DNA from: a virus
Taxonomy: Duplodnaviria; Caudoviricetes
Direction: 5' to 3' (one strand)
Virus record (IMG/VR): IMGVR_UViG_3300035703_000210
Coordinates: 1 to 38,118 of that record
DNA: 38,118 bases
Below, in pieces: positions 26,373 to 35,406 of the stretch (positions are counted from its first letter, which is position 1; every line of letters begins with the position of its first letter). A model generated the notes under the pieces. That model made no database searches. It was not told the DNA's origin and worked only from the letters and a program-made list of their open reading frames with translations. A program made the position numbers and the translations under genes.

Positions 26373-26534
26373 ATGAAAACCAAACCAGTTTGGGACAAGC
26401 CACGTCCAAAATCAGTTGGCAAGAGCGAACCTTTATCCAAAAAGGAAAAGGCTAGCGCAAAGGCGATGGCGAAGTCCGCTGGCCGCCCTTACCCTAATTT
26501 GGTTGATAACATGCGCGTTGCGAGGAAGAAGTGA
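26373..26534 (+). CDS. Small basic protein (53 aa), not in the ORF track
   Basis: MKTKPVWDKPRPKSVGKSEPLSKKEKASAKAMAKSAGRPYPNLVDNMRVARKK*. GTGA overlap with the next gene. Confidence 0.75.
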   Translation: MKTKPVWDKPRPKSVGKSEPLSKKEKASAKAMAKSAGRPYPNLVDNMRVARKK

Positions 26535-27667
26535 GCGATTTTGACCGGTTGCTTGCAATTCGCAGACTGATGGCAAATTATCGGGCACCGGCTACTGGCG
26601 TTTTGCCATCAGCAACGGCGCAAGATAGGAGGCCGCAAGCATATCGAGAGGGCATGGGAAAGCCAACAGCGTTGGCCGAAGGTCTTTCTGCGTTTATGGG
26701 GCAACAACCGCGTTATAGCGTTATGGATCCTCAATCAGACGAGTTTCGTCGGGCTAGAGAGATTGGCGAGCAAGCAAGTGTTGCGGCAGAGTTTTACGGC
26801 GCTTTAAGCCCTTTTGCGGCGGCGTCAACAATGGCAAGCGCACAGCGAGCAGGAAATCTGTTGAGTCCACTTACTGTGTTTCATGGTTCACCGCACAGGT
26901 TTAAGAAGTTCGACGCCAGCAAGATCGGCACGGGTGAAGGTGCTCAGGCTTACGGCCATGGGCTGTACTTTGCTGAAAGTCCTGCTGTAGCTAGGCAATA
27001 TCAAGAAAGTTTGTCAGATTTCGATATGTTGGTTGATGGGAAACCATTTAACCCTGAGAATCCAGCGCATCGCGCTGCGCTAGAAGTTAAACAAAGAGGT
27101 GGGGACGTAGCAATTAAAGACATAGTTGCTAACTACAACCAACAAATAAAAGACCTGAGATCAAGAAACGCTCGGTGGGCTGATGAATTAGCGAAATCAA
27201 AAGAAGAAGAACTGCCGTTCATAAAATCTGGGAAGATGCCTGTTTATTCAGAATCAACAAAAGGATCTTTCTACACAGTAGACCTACCAGACGAACAAGT
27301 AGCAAAGATGCTGGATTGGGATAAGCCGATCAAAGATCAACCAGAAGTCTTAAATATCATCAGAAGTCAGATTAACGACGCTGACATTGCAAGATCATTT
27401 GACGTAAACGTTGAGAAGGGTATTAGCGGCGCTAATGCCATGAAGAACTACGTGCAAGGAAAGACACAAGCAGACCAATCGGCAGTTCTTCAAAAACTAG
27501 GTGTGCCAGGAATACGTTACTTAGATGCTGGATCAAGAGGTAAAGGCGGTACAAGTAACTTTGTCGTATTCCCAGGCGAAGAAAGTAAACTAAGAATCAT
27601 GGAAGTAAACGGAAAACCTGTCGTTATTGATGAGGATGAATTTTCACAAGGATTACTAGGGTTATGA
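26531..27667 (+). CDS. ART-PolyVal-like (ADP-ribosyltransferase-fold) domain protein
   Basis: 'TVFHGSPHRFKKFDASKIGTGEGAQAYGHGLYFAESPAVARQY', 'YTVDLP', 'GIRYLD' and 'NFVVF', matching the polyvalent-protein ART-like pattern. Confidence 0.65.
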   Translation: MSDFDRLLAIRRLMANYRAPATGVLPSATAQDRRPQAYREGMGKPTALAEGLSAFMGQQPRYSVMDPQSDEFRRAREIGEQASVAAEFYGALSPFAAASTMASAQRAGNLLSPLTVFHGSPHRFKKFDASKIGTGEGAQAYGHGLYFAESPAVARQYQESLSDFDMLVDGKPFNPENPAHRAALEVKQRGGDVAIKDIVANYNQQIKDLRSRNARWADELAKSKEEELPFIKSGKMPVYSESTKGSFYTVDLPDEQVAKMLDWDKPIKDQPEVLNIIRSQINDADIARSFDVNVEKGISGANAMKNYVQGKTQADQSAVLQKLGVPGIRYLDAGSRGKGGTSNFVVFPGEESKLRIMEVNGKPVVIDEDEFSQGLLGL

Positions 27668-27993
27668 GTAAGCAAGTGCGCGATTCGGCGGGTCACCTAT
27701 GGCCTGAGATCGTTGGCAAACTTGGCGCAAACACGAATATCACAACGTCTGAAATAAGCCAGCAATCGCACGCCGCTGGCACTGGCGTTACGTTGATGCG
27801 CGTTGCTAACGGTTCAAATGCCGGTTATCACTGCCACTTTGCAGTTGGCGATGATCCAGTTGCTAGCGAATCATCGCCTATTATTCCAGCGAACACGGTT
27901 GTTTACGTTACTGTTACGCCAGGTCAAAAGATTGCTATTGTTGCTGAGCAAAATCACGTTATGCGTGTTTCTATGACGGACATAATTCCATGA
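27664..27993 (+). CDS. Hypothetical beta-rich protein
   Basis: 109 aa, ATGA-coupled, with 'IIPANTVVYVTVTPGQKIA'. Confidence 0.65.
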   Translation: MSKQVRDSAGHLWPEIVGKLGANTNITTSEISQQSHAAGTGVTLMRVANGSNAGYHCHFAVGDDPVASESSPIIPANTVVYVTVTPGQKIAIVAEQNHVMRVSMTDIIP

Positions 27994-28154
27994 TGAAGAA
28001 AACCAAAACCGAGAAAAAGATCAGCAAAGTCATGCGCGAGTACAAAGCGGGTAAGTTGCATTCCGGTAGCAAGGAAGGCCCAAAGGTTAAGAATCCAAAG
28101 CAAGCCGTTGCGATTGCGCTTTCCGAGGCGGGGATTACACGGAAGCCGATGTGA
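27990..28154 (+). CDS. Small basic protein (DUF6496-like), not in the ORF track
   Basis: MMKKTKTEKKISKVMREYKAGKLHSGSKEGPKVKNPKQAVAIALSEAGITRKPM*. Confidence 0.8.
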   Translation: MMKKTKTEKKISKVMREYKAGKLHSGSKEGPKVKNPKQAVAIALSEAGITRKPM

Positions 28155-28693
28155 TGCAATGCCCTATTGAAACCACGGATGCACTGGCGAACCTAAAGAA
28201 CAGGAATTGGGCTTTTGCCAATGTGGGTTATGGCCCTGCTAATCCTGAAATGCCAAACGATGAATTTTGGCAAGCAAAATCAAAGACTTGGAACACTGAC
28301 TTAGAGCAAGCCATGAGCATGCGTTGCGGTAACTGCGCAGCGTTTATTCAGACGCCAGAGATGATTGAGTGCATCACAGACGGTATGCACGTCGAAGATG
28401 GCGAAGAAAGCGACGAAGAAAGCGACGACGATTACGAGGGCGACGCTGAAAACGCCGCCATGGAAGGCGAAGAAAGCGAAGAGGGCGATGATGAAGGCAT
28501 GGACGTGGATCTTGAGGGAGCTGTTCAAGAAGCCGCAAACCTCGGTTATTGCGAACTGTTCCACTTCAAGTGCGCCGCGGCAAGAACATGCGACGCATGG
28601 CTTGTTGGCGGCCCCATCACACGAACCCAGGATAGTCGACGCTCAATGCAAGCTATGCGTTTCTATCGGTCAAACTTCCCGCAACAAGGTTGA
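28154..28693 (+). CDS. Cys-motif protein with a long Asp/Glu-rich insertion
   Basis: 'RCGNCAAF' and 'GYCELFHFKCAAARTCDAW' flank a roughly 40-residue acidic tract. TGATG coupling. Confidence 0.75.
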   Translation: MQCPIETTDALANLKNRNWAFANVGYGPANPEMPNDEFWQAKSKTWNTDLEQAMSMRCGNCAAFIQTPEMIECITDGMHVEDGEESDEESDDDYEGDAENAAMEGEESEEGDDEGMDVDLEGAVQEAANLGYCELFHFKCAAARTCDAWLVGGPITRTQDSRRSMQAMRFYRSNFPQQG

Positions 28694-28698
28694 ATGGC

Positions 28699-28950
28699 GT
28701 GATTAAGCGAGGATCAGAAACGTTTTCCGGTTACAACAAGCCAAAGAAAACGCCAAGCCACCCAACAAAAAGCCATGCTGTTTTGGCGAAATCGGGTGAT
28801 GAGGTCAAGCTGATCCGTTTCGGACAACAAGGCGTAAGCGGCAGTCCTGAAGGTTCAAAGCGTAACGAAGCCTTCAAAGCGCGTCACGCAGCCAACATCG
28901 CCAAGGGTAAAATGAGCGCGGCATATTGGGCAAACAAGGTCAAATGGTGA
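28699..28950 (+). CDS. Small basic phage protein
   Basis: 'GYNKPKKTP.HPTKSHAVLAK...LIRFGQQG...FKARH...SAAYWANKVKW'. Start is GTG28699 or TTG28690. Confidence 0.75.
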   Translation: MIKRGSETFSGYNKPKKTPSHPTKSHAVLAKSGDEVKLIRFGQQGVSGSPEGSKRNEAFKARHAANIAKGKMSAAYWANKVKW

Positions 28951-28953
28951 GCT

Positions 28954-31080
28954 ATGGACATTGAAACGGAACTCGAAACCGGCGCGAAGTCTGGACAAGC
29001 CATGGACGATACTGAAGTTCAGGCAATTGTTGCCGCTGAACTCACGGATGCCGTTAACTTTATTGATTTAGAGATTGGCAACTTACGCGCCAAAGCCACC
29101 GAGTATTACTTTGGCGATCCTTTTGGTGATGAAGAGGAAGGGCGCAGCCAGGTTGTTTCGATGGATGTGCGCGATACCGTGCAGGCTATTTTGCCAAGCC
29201 TGATGCGCATATTTTTCAGTAGCGAGAATGTTGTTCAGTACATCCCGCGCTCAAAAGAAGATGTGCCGATGGCAGAGCAAGCCACGGATTATGTGAAATA
29301 CATCCTGAACGAGGATAACAATTTCTTCGTTACGCTTCACTCGGCATTCAAAGACGCTTTAGTGCGCAAAACGGGTGTGATCAAGTGGTGGGTTGATGAG
29401 CGCACCGAGATCAAAAACGAGTCCTATTCAGGCATGGATGACGCGCAGCTGACGTTGCTGCTTAGTCAGGATGGCGTTGAAATGGTTGATCTGCAAAGCG
29501 AGCCAGATCCCAACGCGCCACCACCAATCATTGATCCGATCACCGGCCAGCAACTCACGCCAACCGTGTTGGTTCACGAGGTCAAAGTAAGCCGCCGCAT
29601 TACACACAAGAAGTTTCGCGTCGAGTCGCTTGCACCTGAAGAGTTCATTATTGACAGACGCGCCCGCACGTTTGATGACGCTGACATTGTGGCGCATCGC
29701 AAGTTGGCAACGGTCAGCGAACTGGTCGCCATGGGTTATGACCAGGAAGAGGTTGAAGCTAATACGGGTGAAGATGAATTAGACACAAACATTGAGCGCA
29801 TTGCCCGTAATCCCGCGCAAATGATGTTTGGCGAAAGCGACAACAATCCCTCGCAGCGCAGAATTTTGTACCTGGAAGCCTATATCCGCATGGATATGGA
29901 CGGTGATGGACTTGCCGAGTTGCGCAAGATTTGCACCATGGGCCCGTCTTATAAGATCGTGGCAAACGAACCCGCTGACGATATTCCGTTCACTTACTTT
30001 GTGCCTGATCCTGAACCACATACCTTTTTTGGTATGTCCACGGCTGATGTAACCATGGACATTCAGCGCATCAAGTCCGTGATCCTTCGCAATATGCTTG
30101 ATTCATTGGCGCAATCCATTCATCCGCGCACCGCGGTTGTGGAAGGCCAGGTAAATATGGATGACGTGCTGAACAATGAGAACGGCGCAATCATTAGGAT
30201 GCGCGCACCAGGCATGGTGCAGCCATTCTCAACGCCATTTGTTGGTCAGCAAGCGTTTTCCATGATCGAGTACATGGATCAGGTGAAAGAAGCGCGCACT
30301 GGCATGTCTAAAGCCTCCATGGGCCTTAACGCTGATGCTCTGCAATCGACAACGCGCTTGGCGGTTCAAGCCACCGTGCAAGCCGCGCAGCAACACATTG
30401 AACTGATTGCGCGCATCTTTGCCGAAATTGGCATGAAGCGGTTATTCAAAGGATTGCTGCGCCTGATCACGCAAAACCAAGATAAGCCTCGTGTTGTACG
30501 TCTGCGCAACCAGTGGATTGAAGTTGATCCGCGCGGGTGGGACGCCATGATGGATGTGAGCGTGAACGTTGGACTTGGAACAGGCAATAGCGATGAGCGT
30601 TTGCAATTCTTGCAAGCCATTGCCGCCAAGCAAGAGCAAATCCTGCAAAGCCTTGGGCCAAACAATCCGTTGGTTACGGTTGGTCAGTACGCAGGAACGC
30701 TTACCAAGATTATTGAGTTGGCGGGATACAAGGACACAACGCAATTCATCAATCAGTTGCCTATGGATTACAGTCCGCCGCAACAACAACCGCGTCCCGA
30801 TCCGTCCGAGGCACTTACCGCGGTGCAGGTTCAGGCCATCCAGGCTGACATTGAAAAGAAAGCTGCCGAGCTTGCCCTTGAGCGCGAGAAGATGATCCGC
30901 GCCGATGATCGTGAACGTGATCGCATTGCGCAAGATGGTGTGCTAAGACGCCAGGAAATGGAACTCAAGTATGGCGTAAGCCTTGCTCAAACACAGGCAG
31001 AGATTGACGCCAAAGTGAATATGGATCGTGAGCGCATGCAACTTGATGCAATCGCGCAAGCTGTGCAGCCAATGCAATGA
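28954..31080 (+). CDS. Portal protein (P22-like)
   Basis: 708 aa, 'EYYFG.PFGDEEEGRSQVVSMDVRDTV', 'DALVRKTG..K', 'PEEFIID' and a long C-terminal coiled coil. Confidence 0.9.
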   Translation: MDIETELETGAKSGQAMDDTEVQAIVAAELTDAVNFIDLEIGNLRAKATEYYFGDPFGDEEEGRSQVVSMDVRDTVQAILPSLMRIFFSSENVVQYIPRSKEDVPMAEQATDYVKYILNEDNNFFVTLHSAFKDALVRKTGVIKWWVDERTEIKNESYSGMDDAQLTLLLSQDGVEMVDLQSEPDPNAPPPIIDPITGQQLTPTVLVHEVKVSRRITHKKFRVESLAPEEFIIDRRARTFDDADIVAHRKLATVSELVAMGYDQEEVEANTGEDELDTNIERIARNPAQMMFGESDNNPSQRRILYLEAYIRMDMDGDGLAELRKICTMGPSYKIVANEPADDIPFTYFVPDPEPHTFFGMSTADVTMDIQRIKSVILRNMLDSLAQSIHPRTAVVEGQVNMDDVLNNENGAIIRMRAPGMVQPFSTPFVGQQAFSMIEYMDQVKEARTGMSKASMGLNADALQSTTRLAVQATVQAAQQHIELIARIFAEIGMKRLFKGLLRLITQNQDKPRVVRLRNQWIEVDPRGWDAMMDVSVNVGLGTGNSDERLQFLQAIAAKQEQILQSLGPNNPLVTVGQYAGTLTKIIELAGYKDTTQFINQLPMDYSPPQQQPRPDPSEALTAVQVQAIQADIEKKAAELALEREKMIRADDRERDRIAQDGVLRRQEMELKYGVSLAQTQAEIDAKVNMDRERMQLDAIAQAVQPMQ

Positions 31081-31337
31081 CAGCCGAAGAAAAGATTAAA
31101 CGCGCTCACGAAGCGCAACGCATATTAGAAAGTAATCTGTACAAGGATGCGTGGATGGGTATCCGCCAGCAATTGCTTGATGATTGGGCTATGGCGGAAA
31201 CCACTGAAGCACGCGAACGCATCCATTTTGAATTCAAAGCACTTGACAGAGTCCAACAATATCTGTCAAGTGCAATCAGCGATGGCACGCTCACGCGCAT
31301 GACGATTGATCGCATGCGCAAGCGCGCCGAAATCTAA
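31077..31337 (+). CDS. Small helical protein between portal and scaffold
   Basis: 86 aa, ATGA-coupled to the portal gene. Confidence 0.7.
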   Translation: MTAEEKIKRAHEAQRILESNLYKDAWMGIRQQLLDDWAMAETTEARERIHFEFKALDRVQQYLSSAISDGTLTRMTIDRMRKRAEI

Positions 31338-31346
31338 GAGGAAACA

Positions 31347-32348
31347 ATGAGTGACGAGAATGTAGTTTTGGCGGATAATGCCGCCATGAGTGTGCGGGAA
31401 GCCGCACAAGCCTTTGAAGCGTTGCTTGCCGAGGAAAGCGGAGAACAGGCACCAGAGAAGGCGCAAGCCGAAACCGATGAGGTTGAGGCGTCAGGGGACG
31501 TTGAAGCGGAAGCGGGTGAGCAAGGCGAAGTGCCCGAAGAAGTTGAAGCGTCCAGCGAGTCTGATGAAAGCGAGGAAAGCAAGCAACCAGACGAGCCACC
31601 CACTTTCACCGTCAAAATTGACGGTAAGGAAGAGGCGGTGCCACTCGACGAGTTGTTAAAGGGCTACCAGCGCACGGCAGACTACACACGGAAGACGCAA
31701 GCCTTGGCAGAACAGCGCAAAGCCGCTGAAGCCGAGTTGAATGCGGTTCGTGAAGAGCGTGCTACTTACTCACAACTGTTGACTGCTTTGCAACAACAAT
31801 TGCAACAGCAACAGGAATCACCCGTTGATATGGAGCGGCTTTATCGTGAAGATCCTATCGAGTGGGTGCGGCAGACCGAGTTAGCGCGTCAACGTTCGGA
31901 GAAATTGGCAGCATCACAAGCTGAACTCCAGCGATTGAACACGCTACAGCAACAAGAAGTGCAACGCGCTATGCAAGCCAGGTTAAAGGAAGAAGCCAGT
32001 TTGCTTGTTTCTGCCATACCGGAATGGCGAGATGAGAAAACGGCAAAGGCTGAAAAGTCTGCGTTGATTGAGTTTGGCGTTAAAGAGGGATTCACGCCTG
32101 ATGATCTGAAGGGTGTTGTTGATCATCGTGTTGTGAAGGTGCTGCGCAAGGCCATGATGTTTGATCAAATCATGTCCAAGCAACAAAGCATCAAACCTAA
32201 TGTTGTTGCGCCAAAAGCAAAAACTGTTGCACCAGGTAATCCACAAGCCGCAAAGGTTCAAGTGAATGAGATAACACGCGCCAGACAGCGCCTTGCAAAA
32301 ACGGGTAGCGTTAAAGACGCCGCCAAACTTTTTGAGCAATTTCTCTAA
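31347..32348 (+). CDS. Capsid scaffolding protein
   Basis: Acidic N-terminus, 'FTVKIDGKEE.V.LDELLKGYQRTADYTRKTQ', coiled coil and C-terminal 'KTGSVKDAA'. Confidence 0.88.
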   Translation: MSDENVVLADNAAMSVREAAQAFEALLAEESGEQAPEKAQAETDEVEASGDVEAEAGEQGEVPEEVEASSESDESEESKQPDEPPTFTVKIDGKEEAVPLDELLKGYQRTADYTRKTQALAEQRKAAEAELNAVREERATYSQLLTALQQQLQQQQESPVDMERLYREDPIEWVRQTELARQRSEKLAASQAELQRLNTLQQQEVQRAMQARLKEEASLLVSAIPEWRDEKTAKAEKSALIEFGVKEGFTPDDLKGVVDHRVVKVLRKAMMFDQIMSKQQSIKPNVVAPKAKTVAPGNPQAAKVQVNEITRARQRLAKTGSVKDAAKLFEQFL

Positions 32349-32357
32349 AGGAAAATC

Positions 32358-33320
32358 ATGACTATCGCTAGCAATACATTCCTTACCTACTCTGCAAAGG
32401 GTATCCGTGAGGATCTGTCCAATCAGATTTACAACATTTCTCCCGAAACCACGCCTTTTATGAACAACATTGGTCGCGGCACCGCTTCCAATACCTTGTT
32501 CCAGTGGCAGACCGACGCACTTGCTGATGCAACAACCAGCAATGCTGCGCTGCAAGGTGACGATCTAACCACCTATGAAGCCGTAACGCCAACCGTTCAG
32601 CTAGGCAATTACACACAGATCAGCCGTAAGACTGTTGTGATTTCCGGCACCATGGAAGCCGTTAACAAAGCGGGCCGCAAGTCAGAGCTTGCTTATCAGT
32701 TGGCGAAAAAAGCCGCCGAACTTAAGCGCGATATGGAAACCATCCTGCTTGCTAACCAAGGAGCAACAGCTGGTGACTCGACAACGGCTCAGAAAACGGG
32801 TTCGCTTTTGGCGTTCATCAAAACCAACACGTCTGTTGGTTCGGGTGGCGGCAATCCTTCGTACACCACACTGCCAACCGCAACGCGTTCAGACGGTACC
32901 GTGCGCACCTTCACGGAAACCATCCTCAAGAGCGTGCTGCAACAGGTTTGGACAAGTGGCGGCGAACCATCTATCGTGATGACAGGCCCAGTGAACAAGC
33001 AAACCGTTTCTGGTTTCAACGGTATTGCAACGCGCTATCGTGACGTTCCAGCAGGCAAGCAGGCACAGATCATTGGCGCGGCTGATGTTTACGTTGGTGA
33101 TTTCGGTCAAGTAAACATTGTTCCAAACAGGTTCCAGCGCGAGCGCGATGCGTTTGTTCTCTCGCCTGACTATGCTGGCGTTCACTTCCTGCGCCCATTC
33201 CAGCAAGTCGAACTTGCAACCACGGGTGACGCTGAGAAGCGTTTGCTTTTGGCGGAATATGGCCTTGCTATCTACAACGAGAAAGCCCACGGGATTGCCG
33301 CTGACTTACTCACGTCCTAA
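32358..33320 (+). CDS. Major capsid protein (DUF5309-like)
   Basis: 'GIREDLS..IYNISP.ETPF', 'WQTD.L', 'NYTQI..K', 'ELKRDME', 'DFG....VPNRF' and 'TGDAEK'. Follows the scaffold and precedes a terminator. Confidence 0.92.
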   Translation: MTIASNTFLTYSAKGIREDLSNQIYNISPETTPFMNNIGRGTASNTLFQWQTDALADATTSNAALQGDDLTTYEAVTPTVQLGNYTQISRKTVVISGTMEAVNKAGRKSELAYQLAKKAAELKRDMETILLANQGATAGDSTTAQKTGSLLAFIKTNTSVGSGGGNPSYTTLPTATRSDGTVRTFTETILKSVLQQVWTSGGEPSIVMTGPVNKQTVSGFNGIATRYRDVPAGKQAQIIGAADVYVGDFGQVNIVPNRFQRERDAFVLSPDYAGVHFLRPFQQVELATTGDAEKRLLLAEYGLAIYNEKAHGIAADLLTS

Positions 33321-33337
33321 TCGCAGTATCTAACGGG

Positions 33338-33361
33338 GGGCGGGGAAACCCGCCCTTTTTT
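33338..33361 (+). terminator. Rho-independent terminator
   Basis: GGGCGGG-gaaa-CCCGCCC followed by T6. Confidence 0.9.
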
Positions 33362-33363
33362 AC

Positions 33364-33684
33364 ATGGAAAAACGGATCTTTGAACAAGACGAACTGTTAG
33401 GCATCACTCGCATTTGGCACTTTGACGAGGAAACCGATACAGCTGTCATCGAGACAATCCAGAATGTCCAGCCTATTGTGGAAAGCAATAAGTCCGAATT
33501 CAACCAGGTTGATGAACGCGCCAGGTGGGACGGTGAAGGGCATGGTGTTCGCGTGGCAAGCATTCCGATGAATCTATTTATGGAGTTGGTCGGAAAGGGC
33601 ATTACGCGTAACGAAAAAGATTTTAAGCAATGGCTCAATGACCCAGAAAACCGCCACTTTCGTACAAGACCAGGGAGAGTTTGA
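33364..33684 (+). CDS. Hypothetical protein after the capsid gene
   Basis: 106 aa with 'VASIP...KQWLNDPENRHFRT'. Confidence 0.75.
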   Translation: MEKRIFEQDELLGITRIWHFDEETDTAVIETIQNVQPIVESNKSEFNQVDERARWDGEGHGVRVASIPMNLFMELVGKGITRNEKDFKQWLNDPENRHFRTRPGRV

Positions 33685-34385
33685 TGAGTGATAAAAGGAT
33701 TATTTCGGTTTGCGTTCCAGCGCGTGATGAAGTCCATACGATGTTCACCTTTGACCTAGTGAACGCCATCAGTCATCACATAGGCACCACGGGAGAGATT
33801 GTTAATTTGTTGATGAGCCAAGGCACGTTGCTTTGCTCGCAGCGCACGGAATTGGTTATGAACGCCATTCACGCAAATGCCGACTACTTGCTATTCCTTG
33901 ATAGCGATATGCGTTTTCCTGCGGACACAATTAGCCGATTGCTAGCGCACGGCGAATGCGTCGTGGCGGCCAACTGCGCAAGGCGCAGAATGCCAACGGG
34001 CCCAACGGCAGGGAACTATGACAGGGAAACAGGTCGCAAAGTATTGCGTTACTCGATGCCAGAGGACACGGGCCTTGAGCAAGTGGACATGGTTGGAACG
34101 GGCGCCATGCTTGTTGACATTAACGTGTTTAAGGTTTTGGATATGCCTTGGTTTGCAACGCCATGGGATGTGCAGGCCAAGGGTTACATGGGCGAGGATG
34201 TCTATTTCTGCAAGTTGTTGCGGGATAACGGCATTCCGTTGTATATTGATCATGACCTGTCCAAGCAAATTGGACATATAGGAACCTTCGAGTATAAGCA
34301 CGAGCATACTTGGGCACTCCGACCGATGGAAGATGAGCGCAGAAAAGCAGCGGGCGCTCCGGTCGAAACTCAAAAGGTGGCTTGA
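33684..34385 (+). CDS. Glycosyltransferase, GT-A fold (GT2-like), in the head/tail operon
   Basis: 'ISVCVPAR', 'YLLFLDSDMRFP', 'VGTGAMLV', 'GEDVYFC' and 'IGHIG'. Confidence 0.82.
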   Translation: MSDKRIISVCVPARDEVHTMFTFDLVNAISHHIGTTGEIVNLLMSQGTLLCSQRTELVMNAIHANADYLLFLDSDMRFPADTISRLLAHGECVVAANCARRRMPTGPTAGNYDRETGRKVLRYSMPEDTGLEQVDMVGTGAMLVDINVFKVLDMPWFATPWDVQAKGYMGEDVYFCKLLRDNGIPLYIDHDLSKQIGHIGTFEYKHEHTWALRPMEDERRKAAGAPVETQKVA

Positions 34386-35005
34386 TGGCACTCGACACAT
34401 TCAGCGGACTCAAATCAAGCATTGCGGATTGGATCAACCGCGATGACTTAACGTCCGTCATTCCATCGTTCATTGTTTTAGCGGAAGCAACGTTTAACCG
34501 CACGATCCGCACACGCGATATGGTGCAGCGCGCAACCGCATCACTTGATACGCAGTACACGGAATTGCCAGCCGATTTTTTGCAAATGATCAACATTCAG
34601 TTGAACACGGCAACGCCTATGAAGCTGTCATTTGTGAGCAATGAGCAAGCCGACGATTTGCGATCTACTTACTTTGCAGCCGCCAACGAACCCAAGTATT
34701 ACTCGATTGTCGGCCAAACGTTTGAAGTGATCCCTTCGCCTGGTGGCGAGTACACGGTTGAAATGTCGTATTACAAAAAGATTCCGGCGCTTTCAGATAG
34801 CAACACAAGCAACTGGTTGCTTGCGAAATCGCCAGCCATGTATCTATATGGCGCACTGGTTCAGAGCGCACCTTATCTGCGCGATGATGACCGCATCACT
34901 ACCTGGGGCACTTTGTATAAAGAGGCCTTCAACGATCTAATGCTTGAAGAGCAAAGGTCAAACTTTAGCGGCACCACGCCGCGCATGAGAGCAAGGAGTT
35001 ATTGA
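34385..35005 (+). CDS. Putative head-tail adaptor protein
   Basis: 'LKSSIADWINRDDLT..IP.FI.LAEA..NR', 'LPADFL' and 'NWLL..SP..YLYGAL', in the expected position. Confidence 0.7.
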   Translation: MALDTFSGLKSSIADWINRDDLTSVIPSFIVLAEATFNRTIRTRDMVQRATASLDTQYTELPADFLQMINIQLNTATPMKLSFVSNEQADDLRSTYFAAANEPKYYSIVGQTFEVIPSPGGEYTVEMSYYKKIPALSDSNTSNWLLAKSPAMYLYGALVQSAPYLRDDDRITTWGTLYKEAFNDLMLEEQRSNFSGTTPRMRARSY

Positions 35006-35006
35006 T

Positions 35007-35402
35007 ATGGCGGGTTCATTTTCAGATTACCTTGAAGATAAAGTGATGAAGCATGTGTTCACCAACACGTCTTACACATCACCATCTTCGCTTTACGTTG
35101 GCCTTTTTACTGTTGCACCAACGGATGCTGGCGGCGGCACGGAAGTATCTGGTAACGCTTACGCACGCACCGCGGTAACATTCAGTGTAAGCGGTACGTC
35201 ACCAACGTCGGCAAGCAACTCTGCTAACGTTGAATTTCCCACGGCAACGGGTTCATGGGGTACGGTTGTGGCGGCAGCTATTTTCGACGCCAGCACATCA
35301 GGCAATATGCTGTCATGGGCCGATCTCACAACGTCCAAAGCCGTTGGTAATGGTGACGTATTCCGCTTCGCAACAGGCAACTTGGCCGTTACGCTTTCGT
35401 AA
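35007..35402 (+). CDS. Tail/structural protein
   Basis: 'SDYLE', 'YVGLFT..P.DAG.GTEVSG..YAR..VTF' and 'FDAST.GNML'. Confidence 0.7.
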   Translation: MAGSFSDYLEDKVMKHVFTNTSYTSPSSLYVGLFTVAPTDAGGGTEVSGNAYARTAVTFSVSGTSPTSASNSANVEFPTATGSWGTVVAAAIFDASTSGNMLSWADLTTSKAVGNGDVFRFATGNLAVTLS

Positions 35403-35406
35403 GTAA

